Shown: positions 19,216 through 29,571, numbered from the stretch's first letter. The stretch: 64,000 nucleotides of DNA from an uncultured Nitrososphaeria archaeon (GCA_964655015.1 CAZZKR010000025.1:10064-74063), one strand, 5' to 3'. Numbers and translations: made by a program. The notes: generated from the sequence alone by a model not told the origin.

Positions 19216-19669
19216 CCGCCATAGTTAGACCGAATGCTTTGGACAGAGGTAAACTTGCCGCAAAGAATGCTAAAATATACCATCCATAAAAAGTTAACGC
19301 GCCTTCTTGGCTTATAAGAGGTATAAAGAAGTCGCCAGGTAGGGAGATTTCGACATCACCGAAATACATCGCCGTACCCCAGTATGCACCCAGAAAAAGC
19401 GCCATGCTGATTATCATTACTGTAAAATTCTTCTTCATAACGTCAAGCTCTACCTTCTTTATGTAATCCATGCGTTTCTCTAACCTCTGAAGGGTTTTTT
19501 GGTCGCCTCGCCTTTTCGCCCTCATGAGTTCTTGCCTGAATAGGTTTGCCTCCCTCATCTTTTCCATGTCTTGTTTTTTAATTATGGCCCTTCTGATGAA
19601 ATTTGTTAGAGAAATGGTTGCTGCCGCTATGGCTATTATAAACAACATAGAAAAGACATTCGCATCCAT
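19175..19669 (-). CDS. DUF106/EMC3-TMCO1-like membrane insertase-family protein
   Basis: 164 aa with 3 TM helices and a central coiled coil. Canonical position downstream of secY in archaea. Confidence 0.65.
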   Translation of the reverse strand: MDANVFSMLFIIAIAAATISLTNFIRRAIIKKQDMEKMREANLFRQELMRAKRRGDQKTLQRLEKRMDYIKKVELDVMKKNFTVMIISMALFLGAYWGTAMYFGDVEISLPGDFFIPLISQEGALTFYGWYILAFFAASLPLSKAFGLTMAGGGLAEKSAQDKK

Positions 19670-21093
19670 TAGGTCTCACCGAGTAGCCTGCCTAGTGCTG
19701 GATACATTTCTGCAACCCTCTCCCTAACCAAGAGTTGATAATACTGGTATGTAATTCCTACTAATAGGAGAAGCCCAGTACCAGTCCCGAAGGCATTAGT
19801 ATAGTCCGCGACACCTGCTATAAGCCCTACGAGTATTGCACCTAATATCGTAACTGTAGAGATATACTTTCCTATTATTTTTTCTATAACTTCGGGCGAC
19901 CTCCTGAATCCAGGAACCTGCATACCTGCGCGAACCAGCTGTTCTGCGACTTTCGAGGGACTTAACCCTCCTACGTTTACCCAAAATTTGGCAAACAGTA
20001 CGCAGAAAACAATAAGCAACCCAGCATACACGATGCCCCTAATAGGGTCTTGCAATAAGCCTGCAACGGAACCTGGCGAAGTCATGTAATAGGCTAATCC
20101 GCCCGTAGGCACTATTTGACCTCCTTCGGTTCTTTCGAATGTGCCTAAAAAGTTCAAAAAGACATTACTCCCGTCTTGGTTATAGCTATTCCATAAAATT
20201 GATGACAAATAGTAAATGTTGCCAAATATCATGCTAGCAAATATCACAGGTATAACCGAGACGTATAGCAACTTTACCGGATACTTTGCTTTAAACCCTG
20301 AGAACTTAGCGTAAGATAACGGTATCTCGACTTCAACAGCATTGAGATATATTAACACTAAGATTATGACGATCGTCGTCAGAAGACCCATGAGGTCCGG
20401 CATATTATGGGCACGCACGAGTACTGGGGATATCCCTCCTCCTGAGAATATTGACTGAAACGTCGCCAATATGACTCCCTGATAAAGTCCATCCGGAGAC
20501 ACAATCATCGGTGAGAATAACCTGATCATTATGTCTTGCGCAACGCCGACCGCTATGAATAAGCTTATACCGCTACCAAGTCCCCAACCTCTTTGTATCA
20601 ACTCGTCAAGCATTATTATAATGAACGTGGCCGCGATTAGCTGAATGAATACCAATATAGCTTGAGTCACCGTTATTGTACCAAATATTCCGCCTATGCT
20701 AAATGCAAGTGCTTGAATGGCGGCAATCACGAGTGATAGGATCTTACTTGCAGACGTGAAAAGTGCCCTATCTTCGGGTTTACTCAAATCCAATTTTATT
20801 ATTTCTGCTCCGACCAACAACTGGAGAAGTATACCTGCCGTGACTATAGGTCCAATGCCAAGCGTGGTCAGAGTTCCAGTTTTTTGGGCGAAAACCACAT
20901 GGAGTATGAAGATACTTTCAGTAACTTGAGTCCTTGGTATGCCATAAAGGTACACTTCCCCCATAATGAGGTATATGAGCATAACCAGAGCTGTCCATAC
21001 GAGTTTTTCAGCTAGGCTGATTCTTCTCTTTGGTCTGACCACTTCTGGCATAAGCCGGCTTACGCTTTCAATGACCCTTCTCGCTGCCGACAA
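19669..21093 (-). CDS. secY: Preprotein translocase subunit SecY
   Basis: 474 aa, 10 TM helices, SecY signatures. The true start is possibly the internal Met (MPEVVRP). Confidence 0.85.
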   Translation of the reverse strand: MSAARRVIESVSRLMPEVVRPKRRISLAEKLVWTALVMLIYLIMGEVYLYGIPRTQVTESIFILHVVFAQKTGTLTTLGIGPIVTAGILLQLLVGAEIIKLDLSKPEDRALFTSASKILSLVIAAIQALAFSIGGIFGTITVTQAILVFIQLIAATFIIIMLDELIQRGWGLGSGISLFIAVGVAQDIMIRLFSPMIVSPDGLYQGVILATFQSIFSGGGISPVLVRAHNMPDLMGLLTTIVIILVLIYLNAVEVEIPLSYAKFSGFKAKYPVKLLYVSVIPVIFASMIFGNIYYLSSILWNSYNQDGSNVFLNFLGTFERTEGGQIVPTGGLAYYMTSPGSVAGLLQDPIRGIVYAGLLIVFCVLFAKFWVNVGGLSPSKVAEQLVRAGMQVPGFRRSPEVIEKIIGKYISTVTILGAILVGLIAGVADYTNAFGTGTGLLLLVGITYQYYQLLVRERVAEMYPALGRLLGET

Positions 21094-21109
21094 TTACTCC
21101 ACGTCCGCC

Positions 21110-21574
21110 TTATCCTATTAAAGCAGTCAGTTCTTCAGGTTTTATAATTTTGCCCCCAGCATCAGATATTTTTTTACTTGCCTGTTCGGTCCATCTCTCC
21201 ACGACAACCAATAGCGGCTTATAAACGTCGCCACCACCTAAGAGTTTTTCTATGCCTATGGACTTAAGATTGACGAGTAGCATGTTGTCCACTCTTTGCG
21301 CATTTTCACTTTTTTCAAGCGTCTCGGCCAATTCAGAGAGCTGCTTTAGGTTAATGGCCCTGTAAACTTTCCTATTTGGTCTGAAGAATCCGTGCTTGCC
21401 GAAGTAGTCGGGTGCGTATTTCAAAATCCAAGTCCATTTGTGTTTATGACTTCCAGCCATACCCCTGCCTCCTTTGGAGCCTTTCTTTCTATGCTGCCCT
21501 ATCTGCCCCCAGCCGCACGTCCTCGAACCCCTTAGCTTTCTTATCTTTCTTAACCTTGTTGGCAAAGTTCCCAC
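21110..21574 (-). CDS. rpl15: 50S ribosomal protein L15 (uL15)
   Basis: 154 aa; RKLRGSRTCGWG…KGGRGMAGSHKHKW matches L15P. Confidence 0.8.
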   Translation of the reverse strand: MGTLPTRLRKIRKLRGSRTCGWGQIGQHRKKGSKGGRGMAGSHKHKWTWILKYAPDYFGKHGFFRPNRKVYRAINLKQLSELAETLEKSENAQRVDNMLLVNLKSIGIEKLLGGGDVYKPLLVVVERWTEQASKKISDAGGKIIKPEELTALIG

Positions 21575-21689
21575 CCATTTACTTACGTGTATCCACGGTC
21601 TTCTTTGACCGGGAAGATATATAGTTTATACTTTTCGCTCTATACCATTCGTGCCGTCTTTGGTGGACGGAAGGCATAACAGCCGGTGT

Positions 21690-23630
21690 TCAGGATGCCT
21701 GCATCTTCTTCTTTATGTAGGGTAGGAGACCGCCGGCCAGCAACACTTCTTTTTGCTTCTCGATGAGGCTATATGTCGTGACAAACTCTATGCCCTTGGT
21801 CTTGTTTATGATTTTTATCGGCTCACCTTTCCTTACGGCCTCCGCTAATTTTGGGATTTCTAACTCATCACCAGTGTCTATTTTATCGTAGTCTGCCGGA
21901 TTCTTGAACGTCAGCGGGATTATTCCAAAATTGATCAAGTTTTCTTTATGTATTCTAGCCAGAGATTTTGCTATCACTGCCTTAACGCCTAAGTATGCGG
22001 GCGCAATTGCCGCATGTTCTCTCGAAGAACCTTGGCCGTAGTTTTCTCCACCTACGATCACGCCAGCCTTAACGGTCCTTGCTCTCTCGTAGAACGTGGG
22101 GTCTATCCTGCTGAATGTGTACTTAGATATTTCAGGTATGTTTGATCTGAGCGGCAGAATCTTTGCACCCGCTGGAAGTATGTCATCGGTGCTTATGTTG
22201 TCGCCGAGCTTTATTAAAACCTTGGCGGTCAGCGACTCCGCCAGAGGTTCCTTCACCGGCACCTCCTTTATGTTCGGCCCCTTTATCACCTCGACAGCCT
22301 CGGGCGTTGGTGACGGAGGAATAATCATGTTGTCGTTTATTAAGAAGCGGTCGGGTTCCTCGACGTACGTTACGTTGATATCCGATTCTCTCGGATCTGC
22401 GAATTCTCCCTTCAGAGCTATGTAGGTCGCGACCAGCGGGTTGGTCAGGTAAACGCTGGCCTCGAGCGTTCCCGACCTGCCCTTAAAGTTCCTGTTAAAC
22501 GACCTGACCGATACACCATTATAAGGTGGTGCTTGACCCATGCCAATGCAAGGACCGCACGCCACCTCGAGAATCCTTGCACCAGCCGCTATCATATCAG
22601 CTAACGCGCCTTCCCTAGCCAGCATCTCGTAAACCTGCTTAGAGCCTGGTGAGATTGTCATGCTCACATTCGGCGCGACCGTTCTTCCCTTAAGTATCTG
22701 GGCTACGGCTTTCATCACTTGATATGATGAGTTTGTGCAACTTCCGATACACACTTGATCCACCTTTATGCCCTTAAGCTCGCTTATTTTCACAACATTG
22801 TCGGGCTGGTGCGGCTTAGCGACATAAGGCTCTAACTCGCTTAAGTTCACAGTAATTGTATCTGCATATTCTGCATCGGGGTCCGGACTTAGCTCCCTCC
22901 ACACCTCCCCTCTATTTTGAGCCTCAAGATAATGCTTCGTCCTCATGTCTGAGGGAAATATTGAGGTCGTTAAACCTAGTTCAGCTCCAAAGTTAGCGAT
23001 GGTTGCTCTTTCTGTTACTGTGAGAGTCTTAACACCCGGGCCGACGTATTCAAATATCTTTCCGACACCACCCTTGACCGTAAACCTTCTCAACAGCTCA
23101 AACACGACATCCATAGCCGTAACCCAAGGCCTCTTCAGCTCACCCTCAAGGACAACCTTGACGATTTCAGGTACTTTGAACTCGTAAGGCTCTCCCGCCA
23201 TGGCTGCGGCAACCTCCAGACCGCCGACACCTATTGCAAGCATGCCCATGCCGCCAGCTGTCGGCGTATGGCTATCAGAACCGAGTAGCACTTGCCCGGG
23301 GGCAGCGAATCTTTCTAAATGTACTTGATGACAGATGCCGTTTCCCGGTCTAGAATAGTATATGCCGTACTTCGCCGCTGCTGTCCTTAAGAATACGTGG
23401 TCGTCAGCGTTTAGGTTATCGATCTGGAGTATGTTGTGGTCAACATAAACCACTGCGAGCGGAACCTTTACACGCGGAACACCCATGGCCTCGAACTCTA
23501 ACATGGCCATTGTACCAGTCGCATCTTGCATTAACACTTGGTCTACCTTTATAGAAACAACCTCACCGGGCTCGGGCTTTCCGCTCACAAGGTGCTCCTT
23601 TATTATCTTCTGGGTCATCGTTAGACCCAT
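21690..23630 (-). CDS. Aconitase-family hydro-lyase (large catalytic domains plus C-terminal swivel domain)
   Basis: 646 aa with aconitase-family motifs CIGSCTNSS and SFNRNFKGRSGT. Cluster-ligand cysteines are present. Confidence 0.7.
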   Translation of the reverse strand: MGLTMTQKIIKEHLVSGKPEPGEVVSIKVDQVLMQDATGTMAMLEFEAMGVPRVKVPLAVVYVDHNILQIDNLNADDHVFLRTAAAKYGIYYSRPGNGICHQVHLERFAAPGQVLLGSDSHTPTAGGMGMLAIGVGGLEVAAAMAGEPYEFKVPEIVKVVLEGELKRPWVTAMDVVFELLRRFTVKGGVGKIFEYVGPGVKTLTVTERATIANFGAELGLTTSIFPSDMRTKHYLEAQNRGEVWRELSPDPDAEYADTITVNLSELEPYVAKPHQPDNVVKISELKGIKVDQVCIGSCTNSSYQVMKAVAQILKGRTVAPNVSMTISPGSKQVYEMLAREGALADMIAAGARILEVACGPCIGMGQAPPYNGVSVRSFNRNFKGRSGTLEASVYLTNPLVATYIALKGEFADPRESDINVTYVEEPDRFLINDNMIIPPSPTPEAVEVIKGPNIKEVPVKEPLAESLTAKVLIKLGDNISTDDILPAGAKILPLRSNIPEISKYTFSRIDPTFYERARTVKAGVIVGGENYGQGSSREHAAIAPAYLGVKAVIAKSLARIHKENLINFGIIPLTFKNPADYDKIDTGDELEIPKLAEAVRKGEPIKIINKTKGIEFVTTYSLIEKQKEVLLAGGLLPYIKKKMQAS

Positions 23631-23860
23631 ATAGATAACCTACATTACGCTTTCAAAAATCACATATTTAAAGTTTGCCGGAACTTTTTTTCTTTTTTGA
23701 ACCATGGTACTAGGGACGTAGTGTACCACTGCAATTAGTTCAGCACGGCGGAAAAATTTTCTGAGGATGCCAAACTAATTCTTGGCACACCCAGCGTTCA
23801 TGCATCGCCATAATTAATAAGGAACGAATTAATTCTTCCATAGCAAGTGGTCGGGGTAGG

Positions 23861-24775
23861 ATGGGTGCAAGAAGCATAGTTCTGAGGTCACTCATGATTG
23901 CCATAATAGTAGGCCTCTTAGCCACAATCGCGTGGCTTTTATGGAGTATAGGTATAATTCCGCCCTCCGTCCCCCTCAACATCGTTTATACACTCCTAGC
24001 GGTCGTAGGCATCGTTTTGATAGTTTACAGCATAAGCGGCCCAATCCTCAAAAGTCTCTTGCCCAAGTATGGACGTAAGGCTTACACAATAATGAACGTC
24101 ATTAAGGTCTTCGCCTATATAATAGCTGGTATAGTTCTTCTCACATCGTTAGGGGTAAGCCCTGAGGTAGCTCTCGCAGGAGGAACGTTTTCCGGATTAA
24201 TCATCGGTCTGGCCGTACAGCCTGTACTTAGCAACTTCTTCGCCGGCCTTATAGTGTTGCTTACGGGTTACGTGAAGCCCGGAGATGATATTAGGCTTAT
24301 GACACCTGAGATACCGTACCAATGGGCATTCTTGCCCGGTTACAAGTATTTCTCGCCTGACTATATATTCGTCGGCTATAGGGGCAGAATTGTCGAGGTC
24401 GGTCTACTTTACACCCTGATGATATCGGATAGCGGCATACAATTGAAAATCCCGAACAGGATAATATTCAACGCAACGATCGTTAATTATACGCCTGAAA
24501 CTCAGCTAGAAAGGATGCTGCAGGTTCGTTACGAATTTAAGGTGGAATATGACCCCGATTTGGTTCTTGAGAGGGTTAGGAATGCGCTAAGCGACATGGA
24601 GGGGATAGAGGAAATAACGATTAACGAGCAAAGTGATAAAGAATACTATATCGTTCAGATCCGGTTCTTCGCACCTATGGATAGGGATTGGAGAGCGATA
24701 AAGTCCGAGGTATTGAAGAGACTTATAAAAGTTCACAGGGAACTCAAGCTTGTTGAAAAACCTGCAAGTGGATGA
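23861..24775 (+). CDS. mscS: Small-conductance mechanosensitive channel (MscS family)
   Basis: 304 aa with 3 N-terminal TM helices, then a beta-domain (…GLAVQPVLSNFFAGLIVLLTGYVKPGDDI…). Confidence 0.7.
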   Translation: MGARSIVLRSLMIAIIVGLLATIAWLLWSIGIIPPSVPLNIVYTLLAVVGIVLIVYSISGPILKSLLPKYGRKAYTIMNVIKVFAYIIAGIVLLTSLGVSPEVALAGGTFSGLIIGLAVQPVLSNFFAGLIVLLTGYVKPGDDIRLMTPEIPYQWAFLPGYKYFSPDYIFVGYRGRIVEVGLLYTLMISDSGIQLKIPNRIIFNATIVNYTPETQLERMLQVRYEFKVEYDPDLVLERVRNALSDMEGIEEITINEQSDKEYYIVQIRFFAPMDRDWRAIKSEVLKRLIKVHRELKLVEKPASG

Positions 24776-24832
24776 ACTTGGGTTTAAAAGATAAAAAGCA
24801 CAACCTCCCCATGATGTTGGTCAGAGATAGAC

Positions 24833-26206
24833 ATGCCCGTGCTTCCTATAGATTCTGAAAGATACGGTAGCAAAGAAATGAAAGAAATCTTCGAAGAGAG
24901 TAGCAGAGTTAAGTACATACTCGCGGTCGAGGCAGCAGTTGCGGAAGCTCAAGCAGAGCTAGGAATCATACCGGCGGATGCTGGCAGGGAGATAGCGTCG
25001 AAGGCCAACATAAGCTACGTAACCCTAGAAAAGTGCAAGGAGGTCGAGAAGAAAATAGGTCATGAGCCCGCAAACATCGTGGAAGTTTTAGTTGACGTAT
25101 GTGAAGAACACGCAAAGCCGTGGGTTCATTATGGGCTGACGAGTAACGACCTCTTGGATACCGCTACGTCCCTACAGATAAGGGATGCTATGAAAATAAT
25201 TGAGAGTAGAATGCGCGAGCTTACAATTCTGTTGGCTGAGATGGCGCAGCAGTATGCTGACCTGCCTGCGGTCGGGAGAACCCATGGGCAACACGCAAGC
25301 ATAATATCTTTCGGTCTGAAATTTGCTGTCTGGGCCTCTGAAATGCTGAGACATTTTGATAGACTCAACCAAATACTTGAAAGGGTATTGGTATGCAAAA
25401 CATTGGGCGTAGTTGGTACAGGTTCTGTCATGGGCGAGAAGGCACTCGAGGTCCAAAGGCGGGTCGCAGAAAAGCTTGCCTTGAAGCCTATCGATGCTGC
25501 AACACAGGTCGTTCCTAGGGAGCTTCATGCAGAGGTCGTCTTCTTCGCCGCAATCCTCGCATCCACCTTGGATAGGATTGCCACGGAGATAAGGAACTTG
25601 CAAAGGACGGAAATAGGCGAGGTTGAGGAACCATTCAGGCCAGGGCAGGTTGGGAGCTCGGCAGTCCCCGTTAAAAGAAATCCCATAAGGTCCGAAAAAG
25701 TCTCCTCGATAGCGCGTTTACTAAGGCCCTTAGTTCAGGTTGCCCTTGATAACATACCGCTGTGGCATGAGAGGGATTTGAGTAACTCGGCGAATGAGCG
25801 ATTCATAATTCCCATGAGTCTCATTTTACTCGACGAAGCTCTCAGAACCATGACGGAGGTAATAAAGGGGCTTAAGGTTAATGAGAAAGCCATAATAGCT
25901 AACATCCAAAAGACCGGCGGAAGGATATTTTCCGAATTTATACTGGATTTGCTTTTGAAAAGGGGCTTTCCTAGAATTAGCGCTTACAGAATCGTTCAGA
26001 AAGCATCGGAGATAACTGATGTGCCCTTTATTGATGCCCTGCTCCAGATTCCGGAAGTTGCGCGTACGTTATCGAGAGAAGAGATAGAAAGTGTTATGAG
26101 ACCAGATGCTTGTTTAGGCGCGTCAAAACTGATAATAACTCAGGTCGTCGATGAAGTGAAAAGAAAACTCTCTACTCCTGGAAGCTCCTTTCCTCAGACG
26201 GCTTAG
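24833..26206 (+). CDS. purB: Adenylosuccinate lyase
   Basis: 457 aa, fumarase/ASL family (…HYGLTSNDLLDTA…GSSAVPVKRNP…). Confidence 0.85.
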   Translation: MPVLPIDSERYGSKEMKEIFEESSRVKYILAVEAAVAEAQAELGIIPADAGREIASKANISYVTLEKCKEVEKKIGHEPANIVEVLVDVCEEHAKPWVHYGLTSNDLLDTATSLQIRDAMKIIESRMRELTILLAEMAQQYADLPAVGRTHGQHASIISFGLKFAVWASEMLRHFDRLNQILERVLVCKTLGVVGTGSVMGEKALEVQRRVAEKLALKPIDAATQVVPRELHAEVVFFAAILASTLDRIATEIRNLQRTEIGEVEEPFRPGQVGSSAVPVKRNPIRSEKVSSIARLLRPLVQVALDNIPLWHERDLSNSANERFIIPMSLILLDEALRTMTEVIKGLKVNEKAIIANIQKTGGRIFSEFILDLLLKRGFPRISAYRIVQKASEITDVPFIDALLQIPEVARTLSREEIESVMRPDACLGASKLIITQVVDEVKRKLSTPGSSFPQTA

Positions 26207-26430
26207 CTTCCAGCACCCTCAGCCTATAGTTGTTTCTGTTCCTGATTCTCGGTATTGGGCTACGTCTTGGTTTGGCCTCCAGCTTCGGCGTTTGGGACCT
26301 TACCTTCCCAGCCTTAGTCACGGACCCGTGGCTCGGCATCTCGAATTCCCAAGATTCTTTACTCACTCGTCCATTTATACCTTATGACAACAGCTATATC
26401 CTAATGCATGAGGATTTATCATGAATCAAA

Positions 26431-27624
26431 ATGGCTGTGGCGCGTATCGTGGCAAGCCCGTTGGGCATAGTGGCCTTAGATGGTGATAAAATTGTAGGCT
26501 TTCGCAGTTATGGCAATGACCTGAACGAAGCCGCAAAAGTTTACTCAAACTTACAGAACGGCGTACTCCCCCCTAACATAAATGAGCTACTCAAGGAGTT
26601 ATCGGATAAGGGCTACTCTTCGCTGACAGTTGAGGACCCAAAGCTTTTCGAATCGCTAAGTAAACTGACGGAAGGTGCTGCCTTGACCGTCGAATACATG
26701 GAACCGGAGCCTATAGACCTAGAGTCTCTATTCCTGAAGAATGGACTCGTCAGTAGCCGTGAGGAGTACGAGCAGAAGGTAAAGATGGTTTGCGATGCGG
26801 TTCTAGCGCTCAGCCTCAGAGCCGCCATAAGTAGAAGGGATGTACTCATTATACCTGCCGTGCACGCTCATGAGAACATCGAGAAGCAGATAAACACGAT
26901 CTACATGGGTTGTAGAGAGTGGTACGGTATACACTTCCCCGAGCTAAACGACTTGATCGACGATCCCGAAGATTATCTAAAAATCGTAACAAAAATAGGC
27001 TTAAGGGATAGGATGGATGAAGAGAGTCTCTCAAAGGTCATCCCGGGTCATAAAAGGTTAAAGGATATACTCATAGCAAAGGAAAAGTCCGTGGGTGCTA
27101 ACTTACTAGAACAGGATGAAGAGTACATAAAAAGATTTGCTGAGGAGGGTCTAAGGTTAATACAGCTTAGGAGGGATTTAGAAAATTATATCAAGTCACT
27201 CATGAGCCTTGAAGCACCAAACTTAGCAGCAATAGCGGGACCAATACTCGGGTCCAAGCTGCTGGCGCTGGCAGGAGGTCTAGAGAAGCTTGCAAGAATG
27301 CCTGCGAGCACAATACAAGTACTCGGTGCCGAAAAGGCACTTTTCCGTTTCCTTAAAACTGGCAGGGGCGCACCAAAGCACGGGCTGATATTCCAGCACC
27401 CATACGTACACACATCGCCTAAATGGCAGAGGGGAAAGATAGCTAGAGCGCTCGCGGCTAAAATATCCATAGCCGCACGTATAGACTATTTCTCACGCGA
27501 GGATAGAAGTGCCGAACTTAGGAAGGCGTTGGAAGAAAGGATAAAAGAGATAAAAACAAAATACGCAGAACCTCCTAAACGTGAGAAGAAGGTGAAAAAG
27601 CTCAAGGGTCCCCGAAAGGGTTAA
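26431..27624 (+). CDS. nop5: C/D box sRNP protein Nop5 (Nop56/58 homologue)
   Basis: 397 aa with an N-terminal domain, coiled coil, a Nop domain and a KK-rich tail. Immediately upstream of fibrillarin. Confidence 0.85.
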   Translation: MAVARIVASPLGIVALDGDKIVGFRSYGNDLNEAAKVYSNLQNGVLPPNINELLKELSDKGYSSLTVEDPKLFESLSKLTEGAALTVEYMEPEPIDLESLFLKNGLVSSREEYEQKVKMVCDAVLALSLRAAISRRDVLIIPAVHAHENIEKQINTIYMGCREWYGIHFPELNDLIDDPEDYLKIVTKIGLRDRMDEESLSKVIPGHKRLKDILIAKEKSVGANLLEQDEEYIKRFAEEGLRLIQLRRDLENYIKSLMSLEAPNLAAIAGPILGSKLLALAGGLEKLARMPASTIQVLGAEKALFRFLKTGRGAPKHGLIFQHPYVHTSPKWQRGKIARALAAKISIAARIDYFSREDRSAELRKALEERIKEIKTKYAEPPKREKKVKKLKGPRKG

Positions 27625-27636
27625 AGGATCTTTTGG

Positions 27637-28344
27637 GTGGTTGTAATGTTAAGTGTTGAAAAGCATGATAGGTTCGACGGTGTGTATTGGGTTTACTCGG
27701 ATGATGAAAAGACACTTGCGACTAGGAGTTTGGATAAGGGCTTTAGGGTCTATGGTGAAAGGTTATTCAGAATAGGTGATGAGGAGTATCGAGAATGGAT
27801 TCCTTACAGGAGCAAGCTCGCGGCGGCGATCCTCTCTGGCATCAAGGAGATAGGTATCAGGTTAGGATCTAGGGTGCTGTACTTAGGTGTCGCATCTGGG
27901 ACGACGGCAAGTCACGTCTCTGACATAATTGGTGAGAAAGGCATGCTCTATGGTGTTGATTTCGCGCCGATCGTCTTGGCCCAGTTTAAGCGCAACGTTG
28001 CTGATAGGAGGAAGAACGTCGTCGCGATATACGCAGACGCTAGGTTCCCTACGACCTACAAATCCATTGTCGGTCAGGTGGACTTCATCTACTGCGACAT
28101 CGCCCAGCCGGAGCAGGCCAAGATACTTGCTGAAAATGCTAGGCTCATGCTAAAGGGTGACGGCTTAGCCATGATAGCGATAAAGGCAAGAAGTATCGAT
28201 AGCGTTGAGGAGCCCAGCAAAGTTTACAAGCAAGAGATTGCTGTGTTAGAGAGTAGAGGCTTCATCGTTCTCGAAAAAGTTGACTTAGGAAAGTATGAGC
28301 AAGATCACATTATGGTCTTAGCGAGGTACTCGTCGAGAAGGTAA
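27637..28344 (+). CDS. flpA: Fibrillarin (rRNA/tRNA 2'-O-methyltransferase)
   Basis: 235 aa with fibrillarin motifs (…VLYLGVASGTTASHVSDI…). Confidence 0.85.
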   Translation: MVVMLSVEKHDRFDGVYWVYSDDEKTLATRSLDKGFRVYGERLFRIGDEEYREWIPYRSKLAAAILSGIKEIGIRLGSRVLYLGVASGTTASHVSDIIGEKGMLYGVDFAPIVLAQFKRNVADRRKNVVAIYADARFPTTYKSIVGQVDFIYCDIAQPEQAKILAENARLMLKGDGLAMIAIKARSIDSVEEPSKVYKQEIAVLESRGFIVLEKVDLGKYEQDHIMVLARYSSRR

Positions 28345-28353
28345 AAATAAAAA

Positions 28354-29010
28354 ATGATAATCTGCGGTATAGACGAGGCCGGTAGGGGCTCGGTAATCGG
28401 ACCTTTGGTAGTATTGGGAATTTCGATTCATGAGAAAGACATCCCCTCGCTCAGGGAGATAGGTGTTAGGGATTCAAAAAGCCTGAGTAGGAAAGCGAGG
28501 GAGGAGCTTTACCAAAAAATACTGAGCTTGAACGTTAACGTTTACGAGGTTGTCGTGGACGCTGCTGAGGTGGACAGGTATCTAAAAAAGAGGTCCGGAC
28601 TCGGCATAAACGTGCTGGAGGCAAGTGCAACGGTCAAAATCATCAAAAACCTCAGACCAGAAGTGGTGTACATAGACTCTCCGGACATAAAACCTTCCAG
28701 GTACGCAGAAAGGATTTTGGCGATGCTAGACTACTCTCCCCGTATAATATGCGAGCACAAGGCGGACTCCCGCTATGAGGTTGTGTCCGCTGCCTCTATC
28801 CTCGCGAAAGTGAAGAGGGACACCATACTGGCCAAGCTATCCGAGCTCTATGGAGATTTAGGTTCCGGATACTCCTCGGACAGGAGGACTGTCGACTTCC
28901 TAAGCAGATGCTTAAGGGATAAAGGTGAAGTCCCTTCATGCGTGAGGAGAGGGTGGAAGACCGTCGATAAACTCCTACAAGCGAGGTTGGATAATTTTGA
29001 GGAGGGATAG
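28354..29010 (+). CDS. rnhB: Ribonuclease HII
   Basis: 218 aa with the N-terminal motif GIDEAGRGSVIGPLVV. Confidence 0.85.
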   Translation: MIICGIDEAGRGSVIGPLVVLGISIHEKDIPSLREIGVRDSKSLSRKAREELYQKILSLNVNVYEVVVDAAEVDRYLKKRSGLGINVLEASATVKIIKNLRPEVVYIDSPDIKPSRYAERILAMLDYSPRIICEHKADSRYEVVSAASILAKVKRDTILAKLSELYGDLGSGYSSDRRTVDFLSRCLRDKGEVPSCVRRGWKTVDKLLQARLDNFEEG

Positions 29011-29013
29011 GTT

Positions 29014-29571
29014 ATGGACGACGAAAGATTATTTGTGCTTACGGGAGCCCCGGGAAGCGGTAAGACGACCGTGGTATTGAGACTCGTTGATATTTTGAAG
29101 CAGATGGGAGTCAGTGTGGGAGGGATGTACACGAGGGAGGTTAGGTCTTCTGGGAGTAGGGTAGGATTTGAGATAGTGGATGTTGCAACAGGCAAGGTTG
29201 GTGTGCTGGCTTCGGTAGGTCATGGGTCAGGACCTAGGGTCGGCAAGTATTCGGTCAACCTGAAGGATTTAGAGGAGGTCGGTGTCAAGGCGATAGAATC
29301 AGCCAACCAATACGATGTGGTAGTCGTGGACGAAGTCGGACCGATGGAACTGAAGAGTCATAAGTTTAAGGAGGCCGTGAGGAAGCTTTTGACGAGAGAT
29401 AAGCCGATAGTTCTTACGATTCACTACAGAGCGAGCGATGAGTTGCTCGAGGAGATAAGGAAGCTCGTGGGCGGAAAGAGTATAGTGGTAACCTTCGAGA
29501 ATCGGGATAGGTTGCCCATGGAGCTCGCAAAAAGGATTAAGGGCATACTGGGAGGTGTCGGGATTGGATGA
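29014..29571 (+). CDS. Nucleoside-triphosphatase THEP1 family
   Basis: 185 aa with Walker A (GAPGSGKTT), a …VDEVGPMEL Walker B region, and the THEP1/COG1618 architecture. Confidence 0.7.
   Translation: MDDERLFVLTGAPGSGKTTVVLRLVDILKQMGVSVGGMYTREVRSSGSRVGFEIVDVATGKVGVLASVGHGSGPRVGKYSVNLKDLEEVGVKAIESANQYDVVVVDEVGPMELKSHKFKEAVRKLLTRDKPIVLTIHYRASDELLEEIRKLVGGKSIVVTFENRDRLPMELAKRIKGILGGVGIG

Noticed and set aside
18749-19283. ORFs 18749..18997 and 18981..19283 on the minus strand
   Set aside because: They overlap rpl34e and DUF106 in alternative frames. Only the short 3' portion after the L34e stop was kept as a weak micro-ORF finding.
26255-26355. tRNA-like or TTCGAAT-containing segment (…CTCGAATTCCC…) upstream of nop5
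   Set aside because: No cloverleaf could be built on either strand. No acceptor/T-arm pairing, and the TCGAATT is not in a T-loop context.
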